From the IMG/VR virus record IMGVR_UViG_2795385499_000003: a stretch of 64,000 nucleotides of DNA; one strand, written 5' to 3'. Of the stretch, positions 9,511 to 19,310 are shown piece by piece. Made by a program: the position numbers and the translations under genes. Origin of the DNA: an uncultured virus (IMG/VR IMGVR_UViG_2795385499_000003). Lineage: Duplodnaviria > Heunggongvirae > Uroviricota > Caudoviricetes. The stretch's first letter is position 1, and the number at the start of each line of letters is the position of its first letter. Under the pieces are notes generated by a model, which ran no database searches, was not told the origin of the DNA, and was given only the letters and a program-made list of their open reading frames with translations.

Positions 9511-11346
9511 TTACTGGTTAGAGAAGCGGTTATATCCGACATCATAGTTAAGCCAGGGTAGTGAGTTACCCGCTGGCGCAACGCGCATGCCGGGCGGCGC
9601 ATTATCGAATGTTACCTTGAGCTCACCCTGCTGTGGCCGCGAAAGTGGCACCGCTGACTGATAGCCCGGCCCACCCTGCTGATTGTTATACCAGCCCCCG
9701 GCATTCCAGCGGTTTTTGAGGGATTGCCAGAAGGATGTTGTGCCGTCCTTTTCAGTAACTGCATCAGCGATATCGTTCAGCTTTTTGAAGATGTAAATCG
9801 CAACGCCGATGGACACTGTCAGCGCACCGAGTGATGCAATCTGCGCCAGCACGCCGGAAAGTGAAGTTGCTGTTGTGAGCGCGGTTTTCAGAGTGCCAAC
9901 GGTGCGCACGGTGAATACGCCTGCCATAACGGCGCTGACACCCTCAATTGTGCTCTTCCAGCCACCCATCGCTTCCACGACATCATTCACGTCTTGCCAT
10001 ACCGCTTTAATAACCGGACCAACCTGGTCCCAGTTGCTGACAATAAGGCTCCCACCCAGCACCAGCAGCGAAACCAGCTTGCCCATGGTGGACATCTTCA
10101 GCACGGTTTCAAACATCTTCACCGCCTTAACGGCAATTCCCACAGCAGAGGCAGTACCCAGCAATGTCAGGCCAAACTTAAAGGTACCGCGAACCATCTC
10201 GGGGTTGGCTTTGGTGAACTGCCTGAACTGTTCGACCATTGGCTGAACTTTCTGGGTCAGCCTCACGATATCGGGCAGAAACATATCCCCAATGGTTATG
10301 CTGGCAGCACTGAACTGGTTTTTAAGCAACTGAACAGAGTTCGCCGTTGTGGCCGCGCGCGACTCATACTCCTTCTGCATCGACCCTGCATACTGCTGCG
10401 CATCCGCAACGCGATTGAAGTTGGTGCGCAGTAAGTCCAGGTTCGTCAGCAGAGGTGCGATCGCACCAAGCGACTCCTTGCCAAACAGCGCATTCATGAC
10501 CGCTGCCTGTTTGTCTTTTGGTACCTTGGCCAGAGAATCCAGTACCTTCAGCATCGCGGCGCGGGAATCCTTCTGCATGTCAGCCGCTAACTGGCCTGGA
10601 TCAATCTTTATAAACTTCAGCGCTTTCTTCTGTGACGCCGTGGCTGACTTGCCGGAGGTAAGTGAAAGCATGAAGTTTTTAATGCCCGTTGCGGCTATCT
10701 CAGACTCAACGCCCATACCCGCGATAGTCGCGCCCATTGCGGCAATTTCACCTGACGCCACGCCTGCAACGCCACCAAGAGGACCGATGCGGGTAACGAT
10801 GTCGGAAATCTTTTGTGCATTGGCAGGGCCAGTGTTACCCAGGTAGTTAATTTTATCGGCAAGAACCACCACGCCATCCTGCGTCATTTTGAACGAGGTT
10901 CGCCACTGTGCCATCATCTGGCCAGACTCTTCTGCAGTCTGGTCAAATGCCACGCCCATCTTCACCGCGTCGCTTGCAAACTGCATCAGGTCATTACGCG
11001 CAATACCCGCCTGGCCGCCAGCCGCTACGATCTGCGCAATGCCGTTTGCAGCCATTGGTAACCGAGTCGAGAGTTTGAGCACATCCTCACTCATCTCTTT
11101 AAACTGTTGCGGGGTGTCAAAGTTGACGACTTTGCGAACGTCTGCCATCTGCGATTCGAAATCCATCGCCTGGCTGATGGGTACTGCAAACGCGGAGGTT
11201 AGCGCGACGCCCATAGCCGCCGCGTTGACCATGATATTTTTGGCTTCCTTCTGAAAGCCTTTAAGGTTTCTGCTCATCCCCTTCAGTGGACCTGAAAGCT
11301 GGTCTACTGCCGTGATGATCGCCTTCAGCTGAAAACTATCTGCCAC
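9511..11346 (-). CDS. Prophage tail tape measure protein (TP901 family)
   Basis: AMDFESQMADVRKVV, LADKINYLGN motifs; follows chaperone; GTG start. Confidence 0.92.
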   Translation of the reverse strand: MADSFQLKAIITAVDQLSGPLKGMSRNLKGFQKEAKNIMVNAAAMGVALTSAFAVPISQAMDFESQMADVRKVVNFDTPQQFKEMSEDVLKLSTRLPMAANGIAQIVAAGGQAGIARNDLMQFASDAVKMGVAFDQTAEESGQMMAQWRTSFKMTQDGVVVLADKINYLGNTGPANAQKISDIVTRIGPLGGVAGVASGEIAAMGATIAGMGVESEIAATGIKNFMLSLTSGKSATASQKKALKFIKIDPGQLAADMQKDSRAAMLKVLDSLAKVPKDKQAAVMNALFGKESLGAIAPLLTNLDLLRTNFNRVADAQQYAGSMQKEYESRAATTANSVQLLKNQFSAASITIGDMFLPDIVRLTQKVQPMVEQFRQFTKANPEMVRGTFKFGLTLLGTASAVGIAVKAVKMFETVLKMSTMGKLVSLLVLGGSLIVSNWDQVGPVIKAVWQDVNDVVEAMGGWKSTIEGVSAVMAGVFTVRTVGTLKTALTTATSLSGVLAQIASLGALTVSIGVAIYIFKKLNDIADAVTEKDGTTSFWQSLKNRWNAGGWYNNQQGGPGYQSAVPLSRPQQGELKVTFDNAPPGMRVAPAGNSLPWLNYDVGYNRFSNQ

Positions 11347-11506
11347 GGTTTATTTCCTCAGAGATGCGGACAGCCTCAGCTTCCATTTCCAGAAACTTGC
11401 TGAGGCTGACATTTTTCAGTTCAAGCGGATTTATGCGCCAGAAGTGGGCGGTGTTGTAGAGTCGCTTCCTGAACTCTCTCCCGCTTCCGACCCCGTAAAA
11501 AAACCC
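11336..11506 (-). other. Programmed -1 frameshift extension of tail chaperone (G-T/E-E' type)
   Basis: Slippery G GGT TTT TTT at 11497-11506; -1 frame stays open (YGVGSGREFRKRLYNTAHFWRINPLEL...GR*) to 11336, overlapping TMP start. Confidence 0.82.
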
Positions 11507-11754
11507 ACGATCGTCATTGACGCCATAAAGATATCCTTAAGCGCCATTTTGGCCGCCGAAGAACGAGGGATGGCCGCAAGCACCGGGATATATTTCAGCG
11601 TGACGCGTGAATCCAGCTTCATTTCACCGGACTCGTTGTAGCTGAAAGGGATACCAAACTGCTCAACTTCGTCGTAAGTTGGCTCGCGAATTTCCAGCAC
11701 ATGCAGCGTCTCATTTGCCGCCACAATAGGTTTAGAAAGCATCAATTCTTTCAC
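11431..11754 (-). CDS. Tail assembly chaperone (Mu gp41/gpE-like), short form
   Basis: Between tube and TMP; L.IREPT motif; slippery GGGTTTTTTT. Confidence 0.88.
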   Translation of the reverse strand: MKELMLSKPIVAANETLHVLEIREPTYDEVEQFGIPFSYNESGEMKLDSRVTLKYIPVLAAIPRSSAAKMALKDIFMASMTIVGFFTGSEAGESSGSDSTTPPTSGA

Positions 11755-12107
11755 TGGTAGAACCCTTCTGAGCCGTGGAATTCAAGGTCAACCGTGCCCT
11801 CTTCAGCGTTGTGGTTGGCCTCACCAAACAACCAGGCTTCGGTCAGGACATACACCTGACCGTTCGCCAGCTCCGCAGTACCGGTCATGCTGTCGGACTC
11901 TGTGATTTTGCTGAGCGGAAAACCCTTCGGCACTTTAAAAGTGCCTTTGATGTACGGGGCGCGGTGCGTTTCCTTACGGTCAACAGAACCATCAAGGCCG
12001 ATCACATCATCGTTTACCTTAGTGTTCATCGGCACTTCAATACCGCCAGTCAAAGAAAGCTGAAGGCCGTCGAGTTTGAAATACGTGGTACCAGCAATAC
12101 GGGCCAT
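11751..12107 (-). CDS. Tail tube protein (Mu-like)
   Basis: MARIAGT.YFK.DG motif; directly after sheath. Confidence 0.9.
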   Translation of the reverse strand: MARIAGTTYFKLDGLQLSLTGGIEVPMNTKVNDDVIGLDGSVDRKETHRAPYIKGTFKVPKGFPLSKITESDSMTGTAELANGQVYVLTEAWLFGEANHNAEEGTVDLEFHGSEGFYQ

Positions 12108-13603
12108 TATTCGCTCTCCTCGCTGTATTGCAGACGGAACTGATTAACCAGCGCAAACACACGCAGCTGATTAACGTAGTCAGGCGGGAACAGCACATCT
12201 ACGCGGTTTGGATTATCCGCATTGCGCTCAACCACCAGATAGATTTTGAACAGGTCAAAGTTTTCAACGATGGCTGACCGCTCCATCTGTTTGTAAACGG
12301 AGCACATCTCACCTTTGATAACCGCTGGCGTCACCACGGCCTGACCGTCACCGAAGCGGGTTCCGTCATTGGCCAGTTTATGGCGCGGGTACTTAGAAGT
12401 GATCACGCTCTTCAGCTCGCGCAGTACATAAGCGCTGGTATGCAGGGTTTCACTGTCGAGATAGCTGTTATCAGCCACGCCGTAACTGTTCTGCTGATAG
12501 GTTGTGATATCGCGCTGAATGCGCAGCACACCGCCTTCGGCATAGGATGTAGCAATCCCGTGCGTCAGCAGAGACTGCTGCTCAGATAGAATGAAGCGGC
12601 TCCCCTTTGGTGCCGGCAATGCCCCGGTCAGCTCACCGGTTTGCGTCGGGCGCGCAGGATCGTTACGGATAAATACTGCATTGCGTGCTGTACGCATCGC
12701 CACCAGCTCATCGCAGCAGGTTTGCGTGGCCACTTCATAACCTGCAACGGTGATATGCTGGTTGTTCATGGTGTCGCCAAAGGCAACCAGCTCGGACAAC
12801 GTACCGGTTTTAGCCGTATAAACGTGACCATATAGCTGACGCGCATAGCTCCAGCGGCCTGAACCGTCATTCATCTCCAGCGCCATCGTAGCGAGAGAAG
12901 CTGAATCGCTGAACGGAAGCCCGATGAAATCAAATGGCTCATCGCCCATAGCAGCAATGGTGTCGGTAAGGTCCGGTGAACCAGTGCCGCCAGCCAGCGC
13001 GGTGATGGTCACGGTAATGCCGTCAGGTGTAGTTTCACCGCCAACTGTGCCGTAATAATTCAGCATCAGCGGGATGTCGTTCCCGGTCAGCCCCTTATGG
13101 CGCGCTTTGACAGCAACTGTGCCGTCAGTAGCTGTCGCGGTTACAGGCAGGCTGGCATTCGCGTTGATAGCGGCTGCCAGCGTGGTGGCAACATCAGCAG
13201 CCTCATCGCCGATAACCACGGCGGCCTGCACGCGCTCAACCCCGATATACAGGCTTAGCGTCCCTGACGCCTGCGCGGTACCTGCAATCACTACTGAGCC
13301 TGCAGCCTGCGCCCCCGTTGATTCACCCACAGCCAGAATCCACAACTCACCAAAGGGGTCAATGGCACGATAGCGCTTGACCATACGGTGCAACTGGCTG
13401 CCGAAGCCGCAGATTTTACCGGCAAGATCGGCTGATGGCATGATAGTGAGCGTGTTCTTGACAATCGTGCCCGTGGTCGCCACGGTACCAATAAGCAGCG
13501 CCGGGCCGCCTGAACTCGCGCTGTTCGCCTGGCTGGCATCCATCTCAGCCCAGAACAGCGGCACGCGGATATCAGAAGGCACCTGATTAAAGCTGACAGT
13601 CAT
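12107..13603 (-). CDS. Tail sheath protein (Mu gpL-like)
   Basis: RVPLFWAEMD, DPARPTQTGEL, PPDYVNQLRVFA motifs. Confidence 0.95.
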   Translation of the reverse strand: MTVSFNQVPSDIRVPLFWAEMDASQANSASSGGPALLIGTVATTGTIVKNTLTIMPSADLAGKICGFGSQLHRMVKRYRAIDPFGELWILAVGESTGAQAAGSVVIAGTAQASGTLSLYIGVERVQAAVVIGDEAADVATTLAAAINANASLPVTATATDGTVAVKARHKGLTGNDIPLMLNYYGTVGGETTPDGITVTITALAGGTGSPDLTDTIAAMGDEPFDFIGLPFSDSASLATMALEMNDGSGRWSYARQLYGHVYTAKTGTLSELVAFGDTMNNQHITVAGYEVATQTCCDELVAMRTARNAVFIRNDPARPTQTGELTGALPAPKGSRFILSEQQSLLTHGIATSYAEGGVLRIQRDITTYQQNSYGVADNSYLDSETLHTSAYVLRELKSVITSKYPRHKLANDGTRFGDGQAVVTPAVIKGEMCSVYKQMERSAIVENFDLFKIYLVVERNADNPNRVDVLFPPDYVNQLRVFALVNQFRLQYSEESE

Positions 13604-13791
13604 CACTCGCCACCTTGTTTAATTGCGTCTTTTGCAGAGGTTTTGCTTTCTGCTTTGACTTCCGTAACATCTCCTGCCTTGATACGGCGGAGCCAGTAAG
13701 TGCTCATCTCGACGTTTCGCCCTTCTTTGGGCAATAGGTCGCCACGGGCTGGATCAGGAACTGATCGCCCGGCAACAGGTTTTAGTTTCAT
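13603..13791 (-). CDS. DUF2635 / Mu gp38-like protein
   Basis: GRSVPDPARG.LLP..G..V....YW.RR...GDV motif. Confidence 0.85.
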   Translation of the reverse strand: MKLKPVAGRSVPDPARGDLLPKEGRNVEMSTYWLRRIKAGDVTEVKAESKTSAKDAIKQGGE

Positions 13792-13794
13792 TGG

Positions 13795-14355
13795 TTACTC
13801 GCTGAGGTTGACCAGAAGTTTGTGTTCGATGATGCCGTCTGGTTTCTGGTCTTTGCCGATGAAGTCCACGTCGACACCAATTTCTCTGAATTCATCCAGA
13901 GCATTGAGATCGTCCTGCTGGCGCGTCATCTCGCCAGTAATTTCACGCGTCAGCATGAACTCAAACTGGTAATAGAGGCGGCCACGATCCATATCCAGAA
14001 GCTGGCCACCTGAATACGCCACCGGACCCGCGTCCTCATCCGGCTCCCAGCCCAGCAGGGCTTTCCAGATTTCGCCCCGGACATCATGCACCGCGTCATA
14101 GCCTGATGCCTGCCCGCGTTCGTCGCGGGTATTGTCCAGCACAACGACAACTGCAAAACCTTCGGTCACGTTCTGCCAGTAGTCGGTCAGTGACTTTTGT
14201 TCGGCAGTAACGTCTTCAGTGGGTACCACGTAAGCCGCGGGTAACTTCATTTTTCCGGTTTCAGGAATGGCTTTGAATTCCGCCGCGCCGGCCACGTTGC
14301 CTGCAAAGCGCGGACATCGCGCGCGAAGCGCAGCTATAACAAGAGACAGCTTCAT
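13795..14355 (-). CDS. Tail terminator/completion-like protein
   Basis: Position between neck genes and sheath; LPAAYVVP, WKALLGW. Confidence 0.7.
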   Translation of the reverse strand: MKLSLVIAALRARCPRFAGNVAGAAEFKAIPETGKMKLPAAYVVPTEDVTAEQKSLTDYWQNVTEGFAVVVVLDNTRDERGQASGYDAVHDVRGEIWKALLGWEPDEDAGPVAYSGGQLLDMDRGRLYYQFEFMLTREITGEMTRQQDDLNALDEFREIGVDVDFIGKDQKPDGIIEHKLLVNLSE

Positions 14356-14858
14356 TTCTTTTTCCTTTCAGGCCTGAGGGAGGTGCGCAGCGCCCTTCTG
14401 AGGACGTAACTCGTCCAGCTCTTTCGGGACTCAAGCACTTCCGCCATATAGTTCTTGCGCGGTGCAATACGCCATCCGTTACCGCCTGATTTACCTTTAT
14501 GATGGCTTTTAGCGCGCTTGGCTCCGCGCCTGACCCCATAGAAGAGAAACGCCGGATAGAAATCGCCGTCAATGAGCCGGTTGCCTTCGCCCCTCTTCTG
14601 GTTGGGCGCAATTCGAACCATCATGCCTGGACGATTTTTTGATGCCCGGGGAACGTAGTAACCGATTGAGCGCGCCAGCCGGCCAGTGCTATATCCCGGA
14701 TTCTCGCCCGGTGATGAACGACCACGACGCATCACCAGCCGGCGGGCGTCACGCATATGAACCTGGCCTATTTTCACGAAGGCCTTACGCATTTTGGCTC
14801 GGTTAAAAACGAGCTCTTTTGGCTGGTCGAAATCGACGTGCAGCAGCGGCTTAGCCAT
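14352..14858 (-). CDS. Neck/tail completion protein (HK97 gp10-like)
   Basis: Basic; S.PGE.P...TG.LARSI motif; synteny. Confidence 0.7.
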   Translation of the reverse strand: MAKPLLHVDFDQPKELVFNRAKMRKAFVKIGQVHMRDARRLVMRRGRSSPGENPGYSTGRLARSIGYYVPRASKNRPGMMVRIAPNQKRGEGNRLIDGDFYPAFLFYGVRRGAKRAKSHHKGKSGGNGWRIAPRKNYMAEVLESRKSWTSYVLRRALRTSLRPERKKK

Positions 14859-15240
14859 ACATCTCTCCATCACGCTCTACCGCGCCCAATTCTTCGCACT
14901 CCATCAGCAGATAACGGCCAGCTGAATTGAGATCGCGAAGGCGCTTGACCCGGTAGATGTTGCCGCCATACACCACCTCAAAATCCGAAGTGATGCCCTG
15001 GCGAAAACGGATCGTGATGTAATGGGTAATGATGTCATCAGCCTGAATGGATTCGTGATAGGTAGTGGCCCCCACCTGACGGACCTTTGCCCACACATCC
15101 TTTTCATTCTGATAAACCGGCTCCACGCCATAATCTGCGGCAGCCTGATCTATGCGCTGCCGCAGATGAATGCGCTTGTTGAGCTCACCAGGGTCGGGCA
15201 AAGTAAATACGGCGCTGGTATTTGATGAGCGTCGCTGCAT
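14851..15240 (-). CDS. Head closure (head-tail adaptor) protein
   Basis: PGELNKRI, THYITIR.R motifs. Confidence 0.85.
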   Translation of the reverse strand: MQRRSSNTSAVFTLPDPGELNKRIHLRQRIDQAAADYGVEPVYQNEKDVWAKVRQVGATTYHESIQADDIITHYITIRFRQGITSDFEVVYGGNIYRVKRLRDLNSAGRYLLMECEELGAVERDGEMYG

Positions 15241-15241
15241 G

Positions 15242-15571
15242 CTAATACCCCGACACCGGCAGACGCCGCGAATAGAGCAGGAACTCAAACGCCTGCGGCG
15301 TCTCCGTCATCTCCAGCTCTGACACTGAGCTGCGGTGTTCATACCAGTGACTGACCAGCATCAGCAGCGCAAGCCGGATATCTTCGGTAATCACCATGCC
15401 ATCGGTATCAAGCGGTGCAATATCTGCCACCGTTTTATAGAGATTACGGTTCAGGTAGGTCACCGCCTTTGCCTCGGCGGCCAGAGCGAAAAGCTCAAGC
15501 AGTCGATCTTCTTCCGTAAAGTCGCTCTCAAGGCGGCACTGCAGCCGGATTTCTTCAAGTGTCAGCAGCAT
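15242..15571 (-). CDS. Head-tail connector (gp6-like)
   Basis: LTLEEI..QCR, A.L.LVSHWYEHR motif. Confidence 0.9.
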   Translation of the reverse strand: MLLTLEEIRLQCRLESDFTEEDRLLELFALAAEAKAVTYLNRNLYKTVADIAPLDTDGMVITEDIRLALLMLVSHWYEHRSSVSELEMTETPQAFEFLLYSRRLPVSGY

Positions 15572-15580
15572 GACAACGCC

Positions 15581-15880
15581 TTATTTTTTGGCTTTTTCCT
15601 TCGCCTCAGCTGCCGCTTTCGCATTGGCTTCAGCTTCCGCTTTTTCCTGCGCTTCAGCAGCGGCCTTTGCTTTGGCCTCTTCTTCAGCCTTTGCAAGCGC
15701 CTGGGCTTCGGCTTTTTCCTTCGCCTCAGCTGCCGCTTTCTCTTCTGCGCTGTCATCGACCTCACTGGCATAGCCCAGCTTAATCAGCTCGCGACCATGC
15801 TGCTCGGTGGTCTCGATGGTATTGCCCTCAGAAACGACCGTGCCGCCGAAGTAGTTCGGTTTAATCAGAAGCAGTTTCAT
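15581..15880 (-). CDS. Small post-capsid protein with Ala/Glu/Lys-rich repeat tail
   Basis: ELIKLGYA N-domain plus KAAAEAKEKA repeats; 31-bp identical repeats at 15590 and 15710. Confidence 0.75.
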   Translation of the reverse strand: MKLLLIKPNYFGGTVVSEGNTIETTEQHGRELIKLGYASEVDDSAEEKAAAEAKEKAEAQALAKAEEEAKAKAAAEAQEKAEAEANAKAAAEAKEKAKK

Positions 15881-15921
15881 ATATAACTCCCGGGAAGGCG
15901 GCCCGGAGGCCGCCGTTGCTG

Positions 15922-17136
15922 TTACGCAGCTGCAGCAGGTGCGGTGAAGGAACCGTAAACGAACGCTTCAGGACGCTTAACGGCCAGCGCCAGACGCTCT
16001 TCACAACGGATTGAGATCATGTTTTTCTCAAAGTCGTCGGTGTTTTCGGTGGAGATGACCACGTTGGCATCTTCGCGATCGAAAATCTGCGCACCGGCAT
16101 TGAATGCGCCGGTCAGGAATTTACCCTGGAACGCAGCCGCTTCGGTCGCGACAACCGGCAGACCCCACAGGGTAGGACCGGTCAGCGCTGCCGGGTTCGC
16201 CAGAATATAACGGCCCAGCGAATCCTTAATCAGTTCGATCTTCGCCCAGTCGATGAAGTGCAGAACATGGCCGGAGGCCGGGAAGCGTGCCAGCTGCGCC
16301 TGCAGCATAGCCAATCGCAGATCATCGATACCGTTCTGATTCGCCACGGTGAAGGCGGCAGCGTATGCAGATGCCTGCGGCACGATACCATTCAGGTGCG
16401 TGCCGGTGCCGTCACCGAACAGAATTTCCTGCTCTTCAACGTACTTCAGGCCGTAACGCAGCTCGGCGTCAATCGTCGACTGCAGCTGCGGCATATCGTC
16501 CAGAATCTGCTTGGCGGCTTTGAACAGGTGCGCAATGGTACGGACCGGCGTAATTTTTTCCGCAAAAGTGATGCCGCTGTACGGCTTGGTGGTGTTCTCA
16601 GCTACAGTCGCGGCGTTATTGGTGAAGCCCGTTTGCTGAACCCAGTAAATGGTATTGGACTCAGTACGGCCCGGCGCAATCAGATCGCGAATAAACAGGC
16701 GCTGTTTAGGTTGCTGATCGATGCCCGGCAGGCGGTCAGGCGCAACAATCTGGCCCGGCACGTTGACGGACAGAAGCGCAGCCTTAACAGGGATGCTCAG
16801 CCGCTTGTTGCCTTCGATGCTCGCTGAAAAAGCTTTGAGAGCTTCGGAAGAGACAACCTGGCCGCCCACTGTTTCGATAACGTTTTTCGCATTCGCCAGC
16901 GGCATCTGTGCAACGTGCTGCTCCAGATCGCCCAGCGCCGCCTTAAGCGTTTTTTCTGCTTCACGCATGGCGTTAAGCTCACTCGCCATTTTATCCACTA
17001 CCGCTTTGGTTTCCGTGGACAGCGAACCTGATTTTCTTGCCTCGGTCAGCGCTTCTTCAGCCTTAGCGTTAAACTTTCCGCTGGCTTCGTTGATGCTGGC
17101 AGTAACCTGCTTCAGTACTTCATTTACTTCAGACAT
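15922..17136 (-). CDS. Major capsid protein, HK97 family
   Basis: RLFIRDLI, EEQEILFGDGTG, F.KNMISIRCEERLAL.V.RPEAF motifs. Confidence 0.95.
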   Translation of the reverse strand: MSEVNEVLKQVTASINEASGKFNAKAEEALTEARKSGSLSTETKAVVDKMASELNAMREAEKTLKAALGDLEQHVAQMPLANAKNVIETVGGQVVSSEALKAFSASIEGNKRLSIPVKAALLSVNVPGQIVAPDRLPGIDQQPKQRLFIRDLIAPGRTESNTIYWVQQTGFTNNAATVAENTTKPYSGITFAEKITPVRTIAHLFKAAKQILDDMPQLQSTIDAELRYGLKYVEEQEILFGDGTGTHLNGIVPQASAYAAAFTVANQNGIDDLRLAMLQAQLARFPASGHVLHFIDWAKIELIKDSLGRYILANPAALTGPTLWGLPVVATEAAAFQGKFLTGAFNAGAQIFDREDANVVISTENTDDFEKNMISIRCEERLALAVKRPEAFVYGSFTAPAAAA

Positions 17137-17145
17137 TGTTAATCC

Positions 17146-17994
17146 TTATTTGCCGAACGCGGCCAGCGCGTTTTTAAGTTGTGCAATATTTTCAGGGTTG
17201 ATTTCGTCGGTAGCGCCCGGCATACCTTCAGGGGTGGCAGCAGCGCCAGGCTTGCCGCCGGTTAATGCTTTAAGAAGTTTTCGACGTTCGGAGCGCGGCG
17301 CATCGGTTTTTGCCAGCATCGCGTCCAGCTTGCGCAGCGCAGCCTCGGGACTGTCGTCGCCGTCAGAAATCTCATCTGCCGTCAGCAGGCGATCCGCAAA
17401 ACCTTTTTCAACCGCATCGCTGCCGCCGATATAGGTTTCAGCATTCATCATCGCGTCGATGGTGGCGGCATCCAGACCGGTACGCGCGCCATAGATATCG
17501 TTCATTGCCTTATCAAAAGGCACCATGTCGGCCGCAATCTGCTGCAGGTCGTGACGGTTGCCCATCGCATACACCCAGCAGTTATGGATCATCAGGAAAG
17601 CACCCCGACCAATCTGGACCTCATCACCGGCCATCGCGATAATCGACGCAGCGGAAGCAGCCAGGCCAAGCACCTTTACGGTGACTTTCCCGTCGTATTC
17701 ACGCAGCAGGTTGTAAATCGCCAGGCCTTCAAACATGTCTCCGCCAGGCGAATTGATATTCACGGTCACGTCAGCACCGCCAATTGCGCGCAGCGCGGCA
17801 GCGATACGACTGGCGGTAACGCCGTCGCCGTACCAGTCAGCGCCAATAACGTCAAAGACTGAAATACTGTTGTCATCACTCTTTGCGGCTTTTATGCCGC
17901 CGTTCCAGCGCTGCATGGCAGAGGACGGCAGATCGCGATTTTCACGCGCAAAAGGCCGCCCCTCCGGCGCTGCCGGAAGACTTTTTACTGTCAT
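17146..17994 (-). CDS. ClpP-like head maturation protease
   Basis: INSPGGD, GLAASAAS, LMIHN motifs. Confidence 0.93.
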   Translation of the reverse strand: MTVKSLPAAPEGRPFARENRDLPSSAMQRWNGGIKAAKSDDNSISVFDVIGADWYGDGVTASRIAAALRAIGGADVTVNINSPGGDMFEGLAIYNLLREYDGKVTVKVLGLAASAASIIAMAGDEVQIGRGAFLMIHNCWVYAMGNRHDLQQIAADMVPFDKAMNDIYGARTGLDAATIDAMMNAETYIGGSDAVEKGFADRLLTADEISDGDDSPEAALRKLDAMLAKTDAPRSERRKLLKALTGGKPGAAATPEGMPGATDEINPENIAQLKNALAAFGK

Positions 17995-18005
17995 TGGGGT
18001 TGCTC

Positions 18006-19310
18006 CTACGCCGCCTGTTTAAGCGGTGATTTTTCGAAAGGGATATCCGGGAAAACAGCATCGTGGACTTCGCGCAGCAGCCTAGCGTTTACGGCTTTAC
18101 TGTTTTTTCGCAGGTCCTCAAGCGGGGTCAGGTTCAGCTGTACGGTATAAATATCACCACCCTCAATAGGCGGCAGGTTCTCCAGGCGGCGCACGTCATT
18201 GCGAGACATCCAGCCATTTTGCAGGGCAGTGGTGTAGTAGGCTGAGCGTCCGGCGCTGTCAGCACGCAGCAGACCTTCTACGGAGAACTCAGCAAATAGT
18301 TCTTCATCACTGTTGAGAAGGCAGCGTGAAATCTCCTGCTCGATATTCACCAGCATCGGGCGCAGCGTATTGGTCAGGAACAGAAGGTTCATGCCTTCGA
18401 CGCTTGAGGCCCAGCTGCTCTGCTTGTTAACGTGACCGACCATAAATGGTGGCACGCGGAACCAGCGGCAGATTTCCTCAATGCTGAATGACCGTGACTC
18501 CAGCATCTGAGCATCTTCGGGGTTAAGGGTAATACCCTGATAGGACATATCACCCTCAAGCACCATCACCTTACCGGCGTTTTTCGAACCGACGAACCGG
18601 TTAAGGTTTTCGCGGTTTTTCTGGCGCTGCTCTTTGGTCAGCAGGTTCTTTGAGAGAAAGAAGCCTGACGTCTGAATACCGTTTTCAAAAATTTTGGCGG
18701 CTGATTCCTCAACCGCCATCGCCGCGCCAAATACGTCACGCCCGGTGCGCATCGGCATCATTCCGCAGACGCCATCCAGACCAAACCCACGGATGTGCAT
18801 CATGTTTTTAACCGGGATAATGCGCGGCACGCCCTTCTCTGTGTATGTGTACTGTAGTTCGCCGCTGTCCAGCCGCTCCACCTTCATGCACTGAGGAAGG
18901 AGCGGCACCAGAGAGACCAACTTCTGGCCGATCATCTTTTTCTCAACGTAGGCATTACCGCGCAGGCAGATGCTGGCAACAACCATCAGCATGAATCGTG
19001 ATGGCGTCATTTCGCTGTTAGGCCGGCGGCACAGCAGCTGATAAGCTGGGTGATTCAACGCCAGTTTGCGGGAGCCGTCAGCAGCCCTTTCGTATACCTT
19101 CATTGGCAGCGTTGAAACCGACTCGCTCAGCAGGCGCACACAGGCCCAGACCGAGGCCAGCGCCAGCGCTTTCTCTGCTGTCACGACCTTGCCGCTGCTG
19201 CTTGTTCCGTACCACTCCTGCCAGAACGCGGCATCATTAAGTCCAATCGACTCACCAAGCCAGTTAACAATCGCGCTCTTAATGCGACCCGGCCGTTTTT
19301 TTTCCTTCAT
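18006..19310 (-). CDS. Portal protein, HK97 family
   Basis: VWACVRLLSE, EEICRWFRVPP, GLLRAD motifs. Confidence 0.95.
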   Translation of the reverse strand: MKEKKRPGRIKSAIVNWLGESIGLNDAAFWQEWYGTSSSGKVVTAEKALALASVWACVRLLSESVSTLPMKVYERAADGSRKLALNHPAYQLLCRRPNSEMTPSRFMLMVVASICLRGNAYVEKKMIGQKLVSLVPLLPQCMKVERLDSGELQYTYTEKGVPRIIPVKNMMHIRGFGLDGVCGMMPMRTGRDVFGAAMAVEESAAKIFENGIQTSGFFLSKNLLTKEQRQKNRENLNRFVGSKNAGKVMVLEGDMSYQGITLNPEDAQMLESRSFSIEEICRWFRVPPFMVGHVNKQSSWASSVEGMNLLFLTNTLRPMLVNIEQEISRCLLNSDEELFAEFSVEGLLRADSAGRSAYYTTALQNGWMSRNDVRRLENLPPIEGGDIYTVQLNLTPLEDLRKNSKAVNARLLREVHDAVFPDIPFEKSPLKQAA

